From a virus (taxonomy: Duplodnaviria > Caudoviricetes), in the IMG/VR virus record IMGVR_UViG_2871003000_000003, positions 101,773 to 165,772 of that record: 64,000 nt of DNA. One strand, given 5' to 3'. Shown piece by piece: positions 1-9,427 of this stretch; the stretch's first letter is position 1; the number at the start of each line of letters is the position of its first letter. Below the pieces are notes generated by a model. It did no database searches. It had not been told where the DNA came from and saw nothing but the letters and a program-made list of their open reading frames with translations. Position numbers and translations under genes: made by a program.

Positions 1-126
1 AAAGGAATCGGAAATGGATCCAAAACGAAGAACATAAACTTAAAATATTCAAGAAAAATTTTAAATTATTTACACAAAATGGACAAAGATAAATTTTTAT
101 TGAATTTTAAACCAAAACAAATTTAG
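1..126 (+). CDS. 3' end of a gene running in from upstream (possibly a YonO-like phage RNA polymerase, by SPbeta synteny)
   Basis: Frame 1 is open from base 1: KGIGNGSKTKNINLKYSRKILNYLHKMDKDKFLLNFKPKQI*. The identity is only a synteny guess. Confidence 0.35.
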   Translation, partial: KGIGNGSKTKNINLKYSRKILNYLHKMDKDKFLLNFKPKQI

Positions 127-420
127 TGTTTATGCACAAAAATTGCCGAATTATTTTGTCAAAAGTTACTAAACCCCTTGTAAATAGTGGGTTTTCAAGA
201 AATCAACTTCGTCCGTAATATGGAAGGATGAGAGTTTTGCTTATATTCAAAATTCTTGAGATGAAATCAAGACTCTTAAGACGACAAACGCTATTGCCAA
301 AGCGTTTAATAAATATGGAGATATATCTATAATAAAGCCCCTATTGAAAGGGGCTTGGGCTTTGCCCAATATAAGCACTTGCTTATAAATACAAATAACT
401 CAGTGCAGATTGGCTTGTCA

Positions 421-960
421 CCATGCTGAGAATATATGAATAGTGAGTTGCGGTATAATACGATAGTTTTATACTGCAGCTTCTGGAATGATGTGAATCA
501 TAAACAGAAAGACGGAAACCGTCAAAACTAAATATATGTACAATAATATATTGCCGTAAAACGCAATTGCCAGATCGCTGACATAATAGACGACTCCAGT
601 GGAGTAATAATCGTGATGCCTGTATCGGTGGAATGTTACAGAGAGATAAGTAGCGAAAATCCAAATAAGTCAGTTGCGTCGTTGATCGGAAGAAATTCCA
701 GTATAAGATCTGTCGAATGTACGAGTAGCCCAAAGTGACGTGAGATTAATACATAAAGAACAAAAAAATTAAATCTTATTATGAATTTTCTTAATACGCT
801 GAATGACATGGGTGAAAGTTTCTCGTAATCAGTCGAGGCTACAATTGCTGTTTATCAGATGTAAAGGAAGTCTAAGGGTAGCTCCCTTATTCTCAGCCCT
901 TTACAAGTAGTGGCGGAATATTATGACGATATATTTGAGTAGGAAGAAGTTCCATTTGTA
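421..960 (+). ncRNA. Large ornate structured RNA, ROOL-like (GOLLD-like as the alternative)
   Basis: About 550 nt with no credible ORF, next to tRNA genes. Perfect 10-bp long-range pairing GCTGAGAATA(425-434)/TATTCTCAGC(888-897), GTAAAGG(861-867)/CCTTTAC(898-904), hairpin TAAGGG-TAGCT-CCCTTA and many local hairpins. Boundaries are approximate. Confidence 0.6.
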
Positions 961-1069
961 TTTATAATCAAGTGCTTATGCGCGCACTTGACGATTTCTA
1001 ATCTCCTTTTCAGTTAGTAATAGCATTGCTGTTCTGGTAGTGCTGTTGCTAACATCTTAGGAGTATTTT

Positions 1070-1141
1070 AGCCCCATCGCCAAGCGGTAAGGCACAGGAC
1101 TTTGACTCCTGCATTCAGTAGTTCGAATCTACTTGGGGCTG
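1070..1141 (+). tRNA. tRNA-Gln(TTG)
   Basis: Acceptor AGCCCCA/TGGGGCT, anticodon arm CAGGA-CTTTGAC-TCCTG, T loop TTCGAAT. No encoded CCA. Confidence 0.93.
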
Positions 1142-1325
1142 CTATCATCCGAAGTGTTGCGCTGACCGTCAATCAGTGGCGCATAAAAACCTATCCCAGT
1201 ATAAATCCAGGTGACACTGGCTTATATGAAGATACGCTCTAGGTTTACTACGTTTTATATAACTATTCACATAACAATTATTTTGTCGTCCTTGTGGATG
1301 GGTGTTTTGGACGAGCAAACAATAA

Positions 1326-1416
1326 GCTGCATTAATCCTCTGTGGTAAGGGGTCGATCTTGAAAAATCGATAGTAGCCGCTTATGCGGTGTCTAAGTTCA
1401 AATCTTAGGTGCAGCG
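1326..1416 (+). tRNA. tRNA-Ser(TGA), class II, with an 8-nt anticodon loop
   Basis: Acceptor GCTGCAT/GTGCAGC, TCGAT-CTTGAAAA-ATCGA, long variable arm CCGC-TTAT-GCGG, T arm CTAAG-TTCAAAT-CTTAG. Confidence 0.8.
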
Positions 1417-1422
1417 TTATAT

Positions 1423-1495
1423 GCAGGCGAGTGGAACGGATTACTACGTCAGACCCATAATCTGAAAATACTGGGTTCGACTCCCAGGCTCTGCA
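1423..1495 (+). tRNA. Atypical tRNA with CAT anticodon (Met or Ile2), possibly a pseudo-tRNA
   Basis: TCAGA-CCCATAA-TCTGA arm with C33, T arm CTGGG-TTCGACT-CCCAG, bulged acceptor stem. Confidence 0.65.
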
Positions 1496-1542
1496 ATACT
1501 CTCCCACTGTGGAGAAATATACAACGAAAGGAATGTTTTATC

Positions 1543-1737
1543 ATAGTTCTTATTACAGACAAAGAATGTAAATTTTTGTTAAGCAAAGGATGGAAATGGA
1601 GAGATCATATTCATCGCACTGTATCCGGAGCAAACAAAAAATATGCAACAGAAAATTATCGATTGATGCAAGATTTAGAAAATTTTAGATCACAGTCGAT
1701 TAAAGAAACAATTCAGATTAAAAAACGTAAAAAATAA
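1543..1737 (+). CDS. Small basic hypothetical protein (64 aa, ATA start)
   Basis: SD GAAAGGA, then an open frame IVLITDKECKFLLSKGWKW...KKRKK*. Not in the ORF track. Confidence 0.6.
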   Translation: MVLITDKECKFLLSKGWKWRDHIHRTVSGANKKYATENYRLMQDLENFRSQSIKETIQIKKRKK

Positions 1738-1772
1738 CTAGAATTAAACTAGAGGAAAGGTGGTTCACCTTA

Positions 1773-3020
1773 TTGGAATGCACATTATTCCTTGATACGA
1801 ATGCATTACTTAGTCTCGGCGAAAATGCATTTAAAGAAAAATTTATTATTGCACAAAAGACACTTGAAGAGATCGAGAATATCAAAGTGTCTAATTCTAA
1901 AGATGGAGAAGTAAAATACAAAGCCAGACAAATTTCAAGACTATTGGATAAACATGATGGCGAATATGATGTGGTTTTATACTCTCCAAAAATTAAAGAA
2001 ATAATTGATAGTTATTTCTTATCTGAAACGCCAGACAACATTATCTTGGCTTCTGCTTATTATTACAATTCAAATGTATCGGAAGTACTTGTATGTTCTG
2101 ATGATTTAAATTGCAAATTCATATCTCGTAATATTTTTGGACTTCCTACAAAGGGAGTTTCGGATATTAACCTTGTCAAAAATCTTGACGAATATCTTGG
2201 ATATAAAGAATTAACATTGTCTGATGAAGAAATGAGTTACTTCTATTGTCATACAAATGAAAACATTTATGATTGTATTTTGAACGAATATCTCATTATT
2301 AAAAAATCAGACGGAGAAGTTGTTGATTATAGAAAATGGGATGGAAATGAATATAGGGCTGTATGTGAAAAAACAGTTCGCTCTACTATTTTTGGAGATA
2401 AAATTAGACCAAAAGATTCATATCAAGCCTGTGCCATTGATTCAATTTTTTCAAATACAATGACAGCTATTACCGGACATGCAGGTAGCGGAAAATCATT
2501 GATATCTTTAATATCTATGATGAGCCTTATTGAAAATGGCGAGTATGATAGAGTGATTATTATGTTTAACCCTAATAAAGCAAAGGGTGCTGCAGATATG
2601 GGTTTCTATTGTGGTAATGCTACTGAAAAGGCACTTCAAAATTCTATAGGTTCCATGTTAACTACAAAATTTGGTGATAGATTTGCTGTTGAAATGTTGT
2701 TGCAGCAAGATAAAATTCGATTAGTATCTATGGCAGATGTACGAGGAATGGAAGTAAGGGATAATGAAATTTTATACATTAGTGAAGCGCAGAATACATC
2801 AATCGAATTATTAAAGTTGTGTTTATCAAGAGCAAGTAGCGGATGTAAAATTGTTATCGAAGGTGATTATGATAGCCAGGTTGATTCTTATTTATTTGAA
2901 GGAAATTCAAATGGTTTTAAACGCGCAATTGATGTGCTTCAAGGTGAATCAGAATTTGGATATGTACATCTTCCGAATGTTTGGAGAAGTAAAATTGCAA
3001 TGTTAGTGGATAAATTATAG
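1773..3020 (+). CDS. phoH: PIN-domain PhoH-family ATPase (PhoH2-like)
   Basis: N-terminal PIN motifs FLDTNALL, PDNIIL and SDD; Walker A GHAGSGKS; RG..SEAQN..GDYDSQVD..RS PhoH motifs. Confidence 0.92.
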   Translation: MECTLFLDTNALLSLGENAFKEKFIIAQKTLEEIENIKVSNSKDGEVKYKARQISRLLDKHDGEYDVVLYSPKIKEIIDSYFLSETPDNIILASAYYYNSNVSEVLVCSDDLNCKFISRNIFGLPTKGVSDINLVKNLDEYLGYKELTLSDEEMSYFYCHTNENIYDCILNEYLIIKKSDGEVVDYRKWDGNEYRAVCEKTVRSTIFGDKIRPKDSYQACAIDSIFSNTMTAITGHAGSGKSLISLISMMSLIENGEYDRVIIMFNPNKAKGAADMGFYCGNATEKALQNSIGSMLTTKFGDRFAVEMLLQQDKIRLVSMADVRGMEVRDNEILYISEAQNTSIELLKLCLSRASSGCKIVIEGDYDSQVDSYLFEGNSNGFKRAIDVLQGESEFGYVHLPNVWRSKIAMLVDKL

Positions 3021-3025
3021 AGAGG

Positions 3026-3241
3026 ATGTTTGTTATAAAAGCTAAACCTATTTTTAATAGTTTTAATATAAATAACAAAACATTAAACCTTGGAACGTTT
3101 GCTAAAATTGAAGATGCAATTGAAGCGAGAAAATCAGCAGAAGTAAAATATTTTGGTGAATTTAGATTTGATATGTCCAACAAAGATATTATAAATGAAG
3201 CTAATCTGGAAGATCATTTAATTTATAAAAAATGCAGTTAA
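3026..3241 (+). CDS. AP2 DNA-binding domain protein (probable remnant of an HNH-AP2 endonuclease)
   Basis: LNLGTFAKIEDAIEARKSAEVKYFGEF is an AP2-domain C-terminal signature. No nuclease domain is present. Confidence 0.65.
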   Translation: MFVIKAKPIFNSFNINNKTLNLGTFAKIEDAIEARKSAEVKYFGEFRFDMSNKDIINEANLEDHLIYKKCS

Positions 3242-3296
3242 TTGCAAATTCGAGTCTAAAAATTACAATTTAAATTTTATATTGCAGGTAACGCAT

Positions 3297-3556
3297 ATGA
3301 AAAAAATAAAACATTATTATCATATATATTAGGTGCATGTACAATCGTAATATTTCTTCCAATTGTAGAAGAAATAGTTAATGTAATTCTGTCTTGGATT
3401 GAATATCTGAAAATTCTTCCGGGAAAACTTGTTATAAAAGGCAATGCAGAATTACAAGAGTTGCAGTCGGATTTTGAGGTTGAATCGACAGATACATGCG
3501 CTATCGGGTTTCATTATGAACCAGAAACTGAAGAATATTATGACGAGGAAGAGTAG
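3297..3556 (+). pseudogene. Small membrane protein with acidic tail, frameshifted in an A7 run right after the ATG
   Basis: Adding one A gives MKKNKTLLSYILGACTIVIFLPIVEE...YYDEEE*. Confidence 0.55.
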
Positions 3557-3601
3557 TCTAATACTGCTCTTCTATTTTTAGTTTAAAGGAGATAATTAGA
3601 A

Positions 3602-3805
3602 ATGATTAAAATTACAAAAACAAAAGAAAAATTAACGCCGGCAAAACAGAATATCCAATTAGATGGTATTTATGTAAAAGATCTAAAATTTGTAGATGAA
3701 ACAGGTGATATTACACAGCAAGTTATTGAAGCTCTTCCGGAAGGAACGGAACAGGTTGGATTTAAAATCACTGTGGAATTACCACTGGACTCTGAAGAAG
3801 AATAG
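3602..3805 (+). CDS. Small hypothetical protein (positional analogue of SPbeta YonK)
   Basis: Strong SD AAGGAG; lies directly upstream of the phosphoesterase. Confidence 0.65.
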   Translation: MIKITKTKEKLTPAKQNIQLDGIYVKDLKFVDETGDITQQVIEALPEGTEQVGFKITVELPLDSEEE

Positions 3806-3821
3806 AGAGTAGGTGGACGAT

Positions 3822-5012
3822 ATAGTACATAACTATAAAAGATTTGATGGTGAAAGTGATGATGAACTCATCCTGAGAATCTGTAATGATAAAGAAAATA
3901 TCGGTACATGGAATGATGTTGCTGCAGTTCTAAACTCTCTTCTTGACTGTAACTACACTGAATCGGCATATAGAAAGAAAGTACAGTATTTCCGAAAGGT
4001 TCTTGATGCTAATCAGTCTAAATTCACAGACGGTGCAGCACAATTAAAAGAACTAAAGGAAGAGCGTATTCTTTTAGAGAAAGAACGTGTCAAAACTCGT
4101 GATGAACGAAATGAGTATCGTAGATTGATTCGTGAAGAAGCACGTAAGGAATCTTATAAAGAACAGATTTTAAGATCCATTTCAGAATATCACGGACAAC
4201 CATTAGATTATGATAAAAGAAAACAGTTTAATGGAATTTTAAAATCAGATAATGATTTAGTAATTTCTGTAACAGATATTCATGCAGGAATTGAAATTGA
4301 TAACTGGTTTAATAAATACAATACAGAAGTTATGTATGATAGATTTAGACAGTACCTGGATAAAATTTTTGAAGTCTATTTACGGCACGGTTCTGAAAAT
4401 ATCTATGTAATTATAAGTGAGTTGGTCTCAGGATTGATTCACAACTCACTTCGGATTGAAAGTAATCAAAATCTAATTGAGCAATTCTTATCCGTATCGG
4501 ATTGTATTTCACAATTTTTATCTGAACTTAGTTATAAATTTAATGAAGTTCATGTTTATGTTTGTCCTGGAAATCATTCTAGGTTACATGCAAAAAAGGA
4601 AGAATCTTTAAAAGGTGAAAATATGGACTGTCTTGCTATTCCATTTTTGCAAGCCAAATTGCAGAACTTTAAGAATATCGAATTTCACGAAAATAAAATT
4701 GATGAATCAATTGCAATGTTTTCTGTTAGAGGAACAAAAATTTTTGGAGTCCATGGAGACAAAGATGACCCTAAAACGGTTGTGCAGAAACTATCGCTTA
4801 TGACACAAATACGTCCAAATATTTTATATATGGGTCATCGTCATGTAAATGCGATGTCTACTGTTTATAATGTGAAAATTTTACAATCAGGTTGTATTTC
4901 TGGAACAGATAACTATTGCTTGGATAACCGATTGCAAAATAAACCAGAACAATTAATTTCAGTTATTAATAATGATGGATTAGATTGTGTGTACGATGTT
5001 AGGTTTCACTAG
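3822..5012 (+). CDS. Calcineurin-like metallophosphoesterase with N-terminal coiled coil (YonJ-like)
   Basis: Motifs TDIHAG, PGNHSR, GVHGD, MGHRH. The track's GTG at 3813 lies inside the SD, so ATA 3822 is the likely start. Confidence 0.85.
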   Translation: MVHNYKRFDGESDDELILRICNDKENIGTWNDVAAVLNSLLDCNYTESAYRKKVQYFRKVLDANQSKFTDGAAQLKELKEERILLEKERVKTRDERNEYRRLIREEARKESYKEQILRSISEYHGQPLDYDKRKQFNGILKSDNDLVISVTDIHAGIEIDNWFNKYNTEVMYDRFRQYLDKIFEVYLRHGSENIYVIISELVSGLIHNSLRIESNQNLIEQFLSVSDCISQFLSELSYKFNEVHVYVCPGNHSRLHAKKEESLKGENMDCLAIPFLQAKLQNFKNIEFHENKIDESIAMFSVRGTKIFGVHGDKDDPKTVVQKLSLMTQIRPNILYMGHRHVNAMSTVYNVKILQSGCISGTDNYCLDNRLQNKPEQLISVINNDGLDCVYDVRFH

Positions 5013-5023
5013 AGGAGATTGTT

Positions 5024-5167
5024 ATGGAATATAAAGACGGATTACCAGTATTAAACTTTGAAGAACTGGTTTCTTATATCATGGAGGAAAGTCAATATCC
5101 CAAAACAGATATTGAGAGAATTCTGGATTTAGAAACAGAATATATGGAAAAAATTGGAATTATTTAG
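5024..5167 (+). CDS. Small acidic hypothetical protein (47 aa)
   Basis: SD GAGGAG; MEYKDGLPVLNFEELVSYIMEESQYPK...IGII*. Confidence 0.65.
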   Translation: MEYKDGLPVLNFEELVSYIMEESQYPKTDIERILDLETEYMEKIGII

Positions 5168-5172
5168 AAAGA

Positions 5173-5421
5173 AGGATATCGGCTATCTGAAGTGTAGAAA
5201 GAACTTTTAACGAGAGAGTTCAATCCGCGGCTCAGGATAAGCAGATTTACAGATTACCTATGTGGCAATCTACGCCAGTGCTCACGTACATGTTCCCACT
5301 TATTAAAGCGGAATCTGTCGTATGCACTAACATGTACAGGAGTTTCTATAGAATAAAAACTTGCCATACGTATCACCTGCCTTCCAAAATAAACTGCATC
5401 ATCTTGGAGAACCGATATCCT
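5173..5421 (+). ncRNA. Candidate structured ncRNA upstream of the HU gene
   Basis: Closing helix AGGATATCGG(5173-5182)/CCGATATCCT(5412-5421); inner helix GTACATGTT(5286-5294)/AACATGTAC(5329-5337). Confidence 0.5.
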
Positions 5422-5495
5422 AGAATGTGGAGAAATCCACGAAATAAATTATAAAAATTTACAAATTAGTTGATAGAAAAGGAGACATTTTAAAA

Positions 5496-5774
5496 ATGAC
5501 AAGATCAGATTTAATTAAAACAATTGCAGAAAAAGTAGACGGAGTAACACAGGAAAAAGCAAAAGAGATTGTTGCTGTAACTCTTGATTCAATTGCAGAT
5601 GCGCTTACCGCTGGAGATAAAGTACAGTTCGTCGGATTTGGAAGTTTTGAAGTAAGAGAAAGAGCTGGAAGAACTGGACGAAATCCACAGGATGGAAGCG
5701 AAATTTATATTGAGCCATCTAAAAATGTAAAATTCAAAGCAGGAAAAGAATTAAAAGATAAAGTAAACGCTTAA
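5496..5774 (+). CDS. hup: Histone-like DNA-binding protein HU
   Basis: GDKVQFVGFGSFEVRERAGRTGRNPQ...KFKAGKELKDKVN. Confidence 0.97.
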   Translation: MTRSDLIKTIAEKVDGVTQEKAKEIVAVTLDSIADALTAGDKVQFVGFGSFEVRERAGRTGRNPQDGSEIYIEPSKNVKFKAGKELKDKVNA

Positions 5775-5792
5775 GATTGGCGGTGTGTCTAT

Positions 5793-6416
5793 TTGAAAAA
5801 AGAAATGATTAAGAAAACATATGATAATATCTATGAATTATGTGAAGATGTTGTGGATACATATGACGTACTAGAATCAAATTATGACAATAATATTGTT
5901 TCTATTATTGCTAAATACGATGAGGCAAGTCTCATTGTTTCGGAATTATGTACAATGGACTTCTCCATTTTTTCATGCGAATTACACGATCCGGAGTTTG
6001 CTGGATATACTGATGAATATTTGATTGAGATTATTGAAGATAAAATCTTTTGTGAGCCAGCAAAACGTAACGGTGATTACATTGGTTCTGGCAGTTCTAT
6101 TGTATATGTATTAGACGACTGCAATTCGAAAGTCATCTCTAAATTTGAAGCAGACTATGCATATGAAGTACATTTGTATGATGAGAATGATGAAGATAAT
6201 ATGGAATATGATTGTGATGGATGTATCTTCTGTGATGAGTGCGACGAGTATGATGAGTATGGTTTTTTGTTGGATGATTGTGTAGATAACAAAGACATGC
6301 ATGGATTTTCTGCCAGCAAGAGTGATGATTATGGTTATCACTCCGTATCATTTTATTCAACAGAGCGAGTTAATCATGATGATATGATGGATTTACTTCG
6401 TATTTTTGGATTATAA
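5793..6416 (+). CDS. Acidic hypothetical protein with a Cys cluster
   Basis: 207-aa ORF, D/E-rich, CDGCIFCDEC. Confidence 0.75.
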   Translation: MKKEMIKKTYDNIYELCEDVVDTYDVLESNYDNNIVSIIAKYDEASLIVSELCTMDFSIFSCELHDPEFAGYTDEYLIEIIEDKIFCEPAKRNGDYIGSGSSIVYVLDDCNSKVISKFEADYAYEVHLYDENDEDNMEYDCDGCIFCDECDEYDEYGFLLDDCVDNKDMHGFSASKSDDYGYHSVSFYSTERVNHDDMMDLLRIFGL

Positions 6417-6441
6417 ATTTTCTGTTATATATGTACATTTC

Positions 6442-6480
6442 AAAGATCCGTAGGTGTCAAAACTTACGGGTCTATTTTTG
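6442..6480 (+). terminator. Intrinsic terminator
   Basis: AGATCCGTAGG...CTTACGGGTCT followed by a T-tract. Confidence 0.65.
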
Positions 6481-6696
6481 TGTTCTCAGTTAGGAGAATA
6501 AGAATTAGAAACATCAGCGAAAGGAATGTGTCGGGTAAGCTCCGACCGCGCTGCATGTTCCAATGCAACATTGGATTTTCAGGAGAGATACGGTGGATTA
6601 GCTACCTACCGGATAAGTGTAACCTCATTCGCACTTCTCTCCTATTTCTATGGAGTGAGGAGAAATAAAATATTTGAATAAAAGGAAGTGAGATTA

Positions 6697-7722
6697 TTGA
6701 GTGAAGAAATTGCAAAGCGTTCAGAGGACATAACTGATGAGATTTGGAATCAGGTTAATGAATTCAATAGAGAAATGGTTCAGGATTATCTTGATAATCA
6801 AACTGACCTTTCACTAAAGACTCGTCCGGCGTATCGCTCTGGATTAAGAGTCTTTTTTGTATATGTAAAAGATCACTTGAACAATAAAGATTTTACACAA
6901 ATAAAGAAAAAAGAATTTCAAAAATATCTTAATTGGTTGACTAATAGAGGTTTATCTGATTCAGCAATTAAATTTAAAAAATCATGTGTAAGTGCATTTT
7001 GTAATTATATAATGTTAATGTATGAAGAAGAATATCCTACATTCAGAAATTTTACTGTTGGATTAAAAGTAGTACAAACAGGATATGTTCATGAGAAAAA
7101 CCCGCTGACACCGGAAGAATATTTAATGCTATGTAAAGAATTAGAAAAACGTGAAGAATGGCAAAAATTAGCATATTTAGTTTTTTCTTATAGCACAGGA
7201 TGTAGACGAGCTGAGGCACGTCAACTTTTGAAAGAAGTTGTTGAGTATAAACCAAAAGAGAAAGAAACAAAAATTAAAGGTGAAGATGGTGTAGAGCATG
7301 TTGCAATTTCTCGCCAATACTTAACACATACAATTAGATGTAAAGGCGCATCGTTGGTTGGAAAACAACGTAAACTAAAATTCGGAGAAGATGCTATGTA
7401 TTGGTTAAAAAAATGGATTGAAGCGCGAGGAGAAGATGAATGTCCTTATATGTTTGTTGTAAAACAAAGAAATGGAGAAACTCGTCAAGTTGGCGAGAAT
7501 ACGTTTAATGATTGGTGTAGTGGACTATTTACAGAAATAGTAGGTAGACGCGTACATCCGCACCTGTTTCGAGAAAGTCGCGCAACTAATCTAGTAGTTT
7601 ACGAAAATAAATCTCCAGAAGTTGCTCAAAAACTTTTAGGACATAACGATGTTAGTACAACTACAAATCATTACATAATCAGAAATGATGATTTTGACGA
7701 GTCTGATGAAGCATTCATCTAA
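6697..7722 (+). CDS. Tyrosine recombinase (XerC/D-like)
   Basis: SAM-like N domain; STGCRRAE, KG, HPHLFR, LLGH and HY catalytic residues. Confidence 0.93.
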   Translation: MSEEIAKRSEDITDEIWNQVNEFNREMVQDYLDNQTDLSLKTRPAYRSGLRVFFVYVKDHLNNKDFTQIKKKEFQKYLNWLTNRGLSDSAIKFKKSCVSAFCNYIMLMYEEEYPTFRNFTVGLKVVQTGYVHEKNPLTPEEYLMLCKELEKREEWQKLAYLVFSYSTGCRRAEARQLLKEVVEYKPKEKETKIKGEDGVEHVAISRQYLTHTIRCKGASLVGKQRKLKFGEDAMYWLKKWIEARGEDECPYMFVVKQRNGETRQVGENTFNDWCSGLFTEIVGRRVHPHLFRESRATNLVVYENKSPEVAQKLLGHNDVSTTTNHYIIRNDDFDESDEAFI

Positions 7723-7813
7723 CCATCTTTAATTTCCCATAATTTACCAGATCAATACTCTTCTATTCTGTGTTATACTGTTTCCGAGAATCATAGCACC
7801 GGAGGTTTATAGA

Positions 7814-8164
7814 ATGGAAAGACTGGTAAAAACAGGATACGTCAAAATGATTGCAATTGATGTTCATGATTTGGAGTCAAAAATCTTAGATGAACGGAAT
7901 ACAAATTTTCTGTGTGATATAGAAAATTTTCAGAATAAGTATTCTAATATATCTACAGTAAAATGTGTGTACATACATATGGACGATAATTATGATATCA
8001 CTTTCTTAGATTATAAGAAAGTCCATCCACATATACATCCATTTGATTATATGAGAGACATCGTCAAAAAGCATGATGGAAAGTTAATCAAGGGAAGTGA
8101 TTATTTGCGGATCACACACGAAGATGATTATGTAGAATTAATCGAAATAGATTTGAGAGATTAA
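7814..8164 (+). CDS. Hypothetical protein (moron-like)
   Basis: SD GGAGG, upstream TGTTATACT extended -10, downstream hairpin terminator. Confidence 0.7.
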   Translation: MERLVKTGYVKMIAIDVHDLESKILDERNTNFLCDIENFQNKYSNISTVKCVYIHMDDNYDITFLDYKKVHPHIHPFDYMRDIVKKHDGKLIKGSDYLRITHEDDYVELIEIDLRD

Positions 8165-8198
8165 TGGAGAGCTGTGCTGCTCTCCTATTTTTGTATTT

Positions 8199-8270
8199 GG
8201 CTCCATGGTCAAGAGGCTAAGACATCGCCCCTTCACGGAGGTAACACTGGTTCAATTCCAGTTGGAGTCA
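8199..8270 (+). tRNA. tRNA-Glu(TTC) with C33 and an anticodon-stem mismatch
   Basis: GGCTCCA/TGGAGTC acceptor, TCGCC-CCTTCAC-GGAGG, T arm ACTGG-TTCAATT-CCAGT. Confidence 0.85.
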
Positions 8271-8347
8271 TTATTATATTCCGGCTTTCAAAAGAAATGC
8301 CGGTTTCATATCGGCAGAAAATAGAAAAAAGAAAGCGAGGAAAAATA

Positions 8348-9265
8348 ATGGTAACATTACAGAAAATTGGTGGTGACATGAATCGTAATGTATTAGAGAT
8401 TACTGGATTATCTACAGACGAAAAACCTGTTGAATTTATCGAAACAACATACATTACCAATGGAAGCACATATGAAGAAATTGATACCGGTACAGTGTAT
8501 AAATATAACGAATCTGGCAAGAAATGGATAGAGCAACCTGCAATTGGTGGTTCAGGCGGAAATATTTCTCTTGATTATACTGCATTAACAAATAAGCCAC
8601 AAATTTCCGGAATTGAATTAACTGGAAATAAAACCTTGGATGATCTTGGTATTCAGAAAAAAGGTGCTTATATTACAAAAGAAACTGATCCAACTGTACC
8701 GGCATGGGCAAAAGCAGAAACAAAACCTACTTATACCGCAGACGAAGTTGGAGCCTTACCAAAAACTACGACTACACTTCCAAATCCTAAAAAGATTAAA
8801 TTTACAGGTGCAGTTGTTGGTGAATATGATGGTTCCGTTGAGAGAACATTTAATATTCCGACAGGAAGTTCTTATACTCTTCCACAGGCAACTGACAAAA
8901 TTCTTGGAGGAGTTAAAGCAAAAGCAAAGACAAACGAAACCGTAGAAGTTGCAATTGATACTACAACAGGTAAATTATTCGTTCCGGCTTATCCAACTGG
9001 TGCAGGAACTGAACTTGACAAAACACTTGCTGTGGAAGGAAAAGCTGCGGATGCAAAAGCTGTTGGAGATGCACTGAAAACTAAGATTGGATCTGATGCT
9101 CTTACTGCATATATGAAGACAGTTGATGCAGATAAGAAATATGCAACAAAAACTGAATTGCCAAAAAAAGGCGTTGCAGTTGCAGACGCAGGAGATGCAG
9201 ATGTAAAAGATAAACTTAATGCTTTGTTGGCAAGTCTCAGAACTGCTGGGATTATTGCTCAGTAA
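8348..9265 (+). CDS. Head-fibre/decoration-type structural protein
   Basis: YTLPQATDKILGGVK motif, ETDPTVPAWAK, and C-terminal LNALLASLRTAGII head-fibre motif. The start is ATG 8348 because the track's upstream extension overlaps the tRNA. Confidence 0.7.
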   Translation: MVTLQKIGGDMNRNVLEITGLSTDEKPVEFIETTYITNGSTYEEIDTGTVYKYNESGKKWIEQPAIGGSGGNISLDYTALTNKPQISGIELTGNKTLDDLGIQKKGAYITKETDPTVPAWAKAETKPTYTADEVGALPKTTTTLPNPKKIKFTGAVVGEYDGSVERTFNIPTGSSYTLPQATDKILGGVKAKAKTNETVEVAIDTTTGKLFVPAYPTGAGTELDKTLAVEGKAADAKAVGDALKTKIGSDALTAYMKTVDADKKYATKTELPKKGVAVADAGDADVKDKLNALLASLRTAGIIAQ

Positions 9266-9308
9266 ATATGTATAAAACAGGACGGTGCTACTGCCGTCCT
9301 ATTATTAT

Positions 9309-9379
9309 GCTTGGATAGTTTAAAGGTAAAACGATTGACTTGTAATCAATTGTTCCCAGTTCAAATCTTGGTCTGAGCT
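9309..9379 (+). tRNA. tRNA-Thr(TGT)
   Basis: GCTTGGA/TCTGAGC acceptor, ATTGA-CTTGTAA-TCAAT, T loop TTCAAAT. Confidence 0.85.
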
Positions 9380-9427
9380 TTCAGAAAATAAAAGTAATAC
9401 TTTGGTTAAGTTAATGGAGGTGTAATT

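Noticed and set aside
1142-1325. Theta/HDV-like ribozymes next to the tRNAs
   Set aside because: Hairpins are present, but I could not assemble the nested double pseudoknot.
383-1507. Minus-strand ORFs 383-733 and 1169-1507
   Set aside because: They are antisense to the structured RNA and tRNAs, lack an SD, and have no protein-like features.
8174-8347. N-terminal extension of the 363-aa ORF
   Set aside because: It overlaps a terminator and tRNA-Glu; the SD-supported start is ATG 8348.
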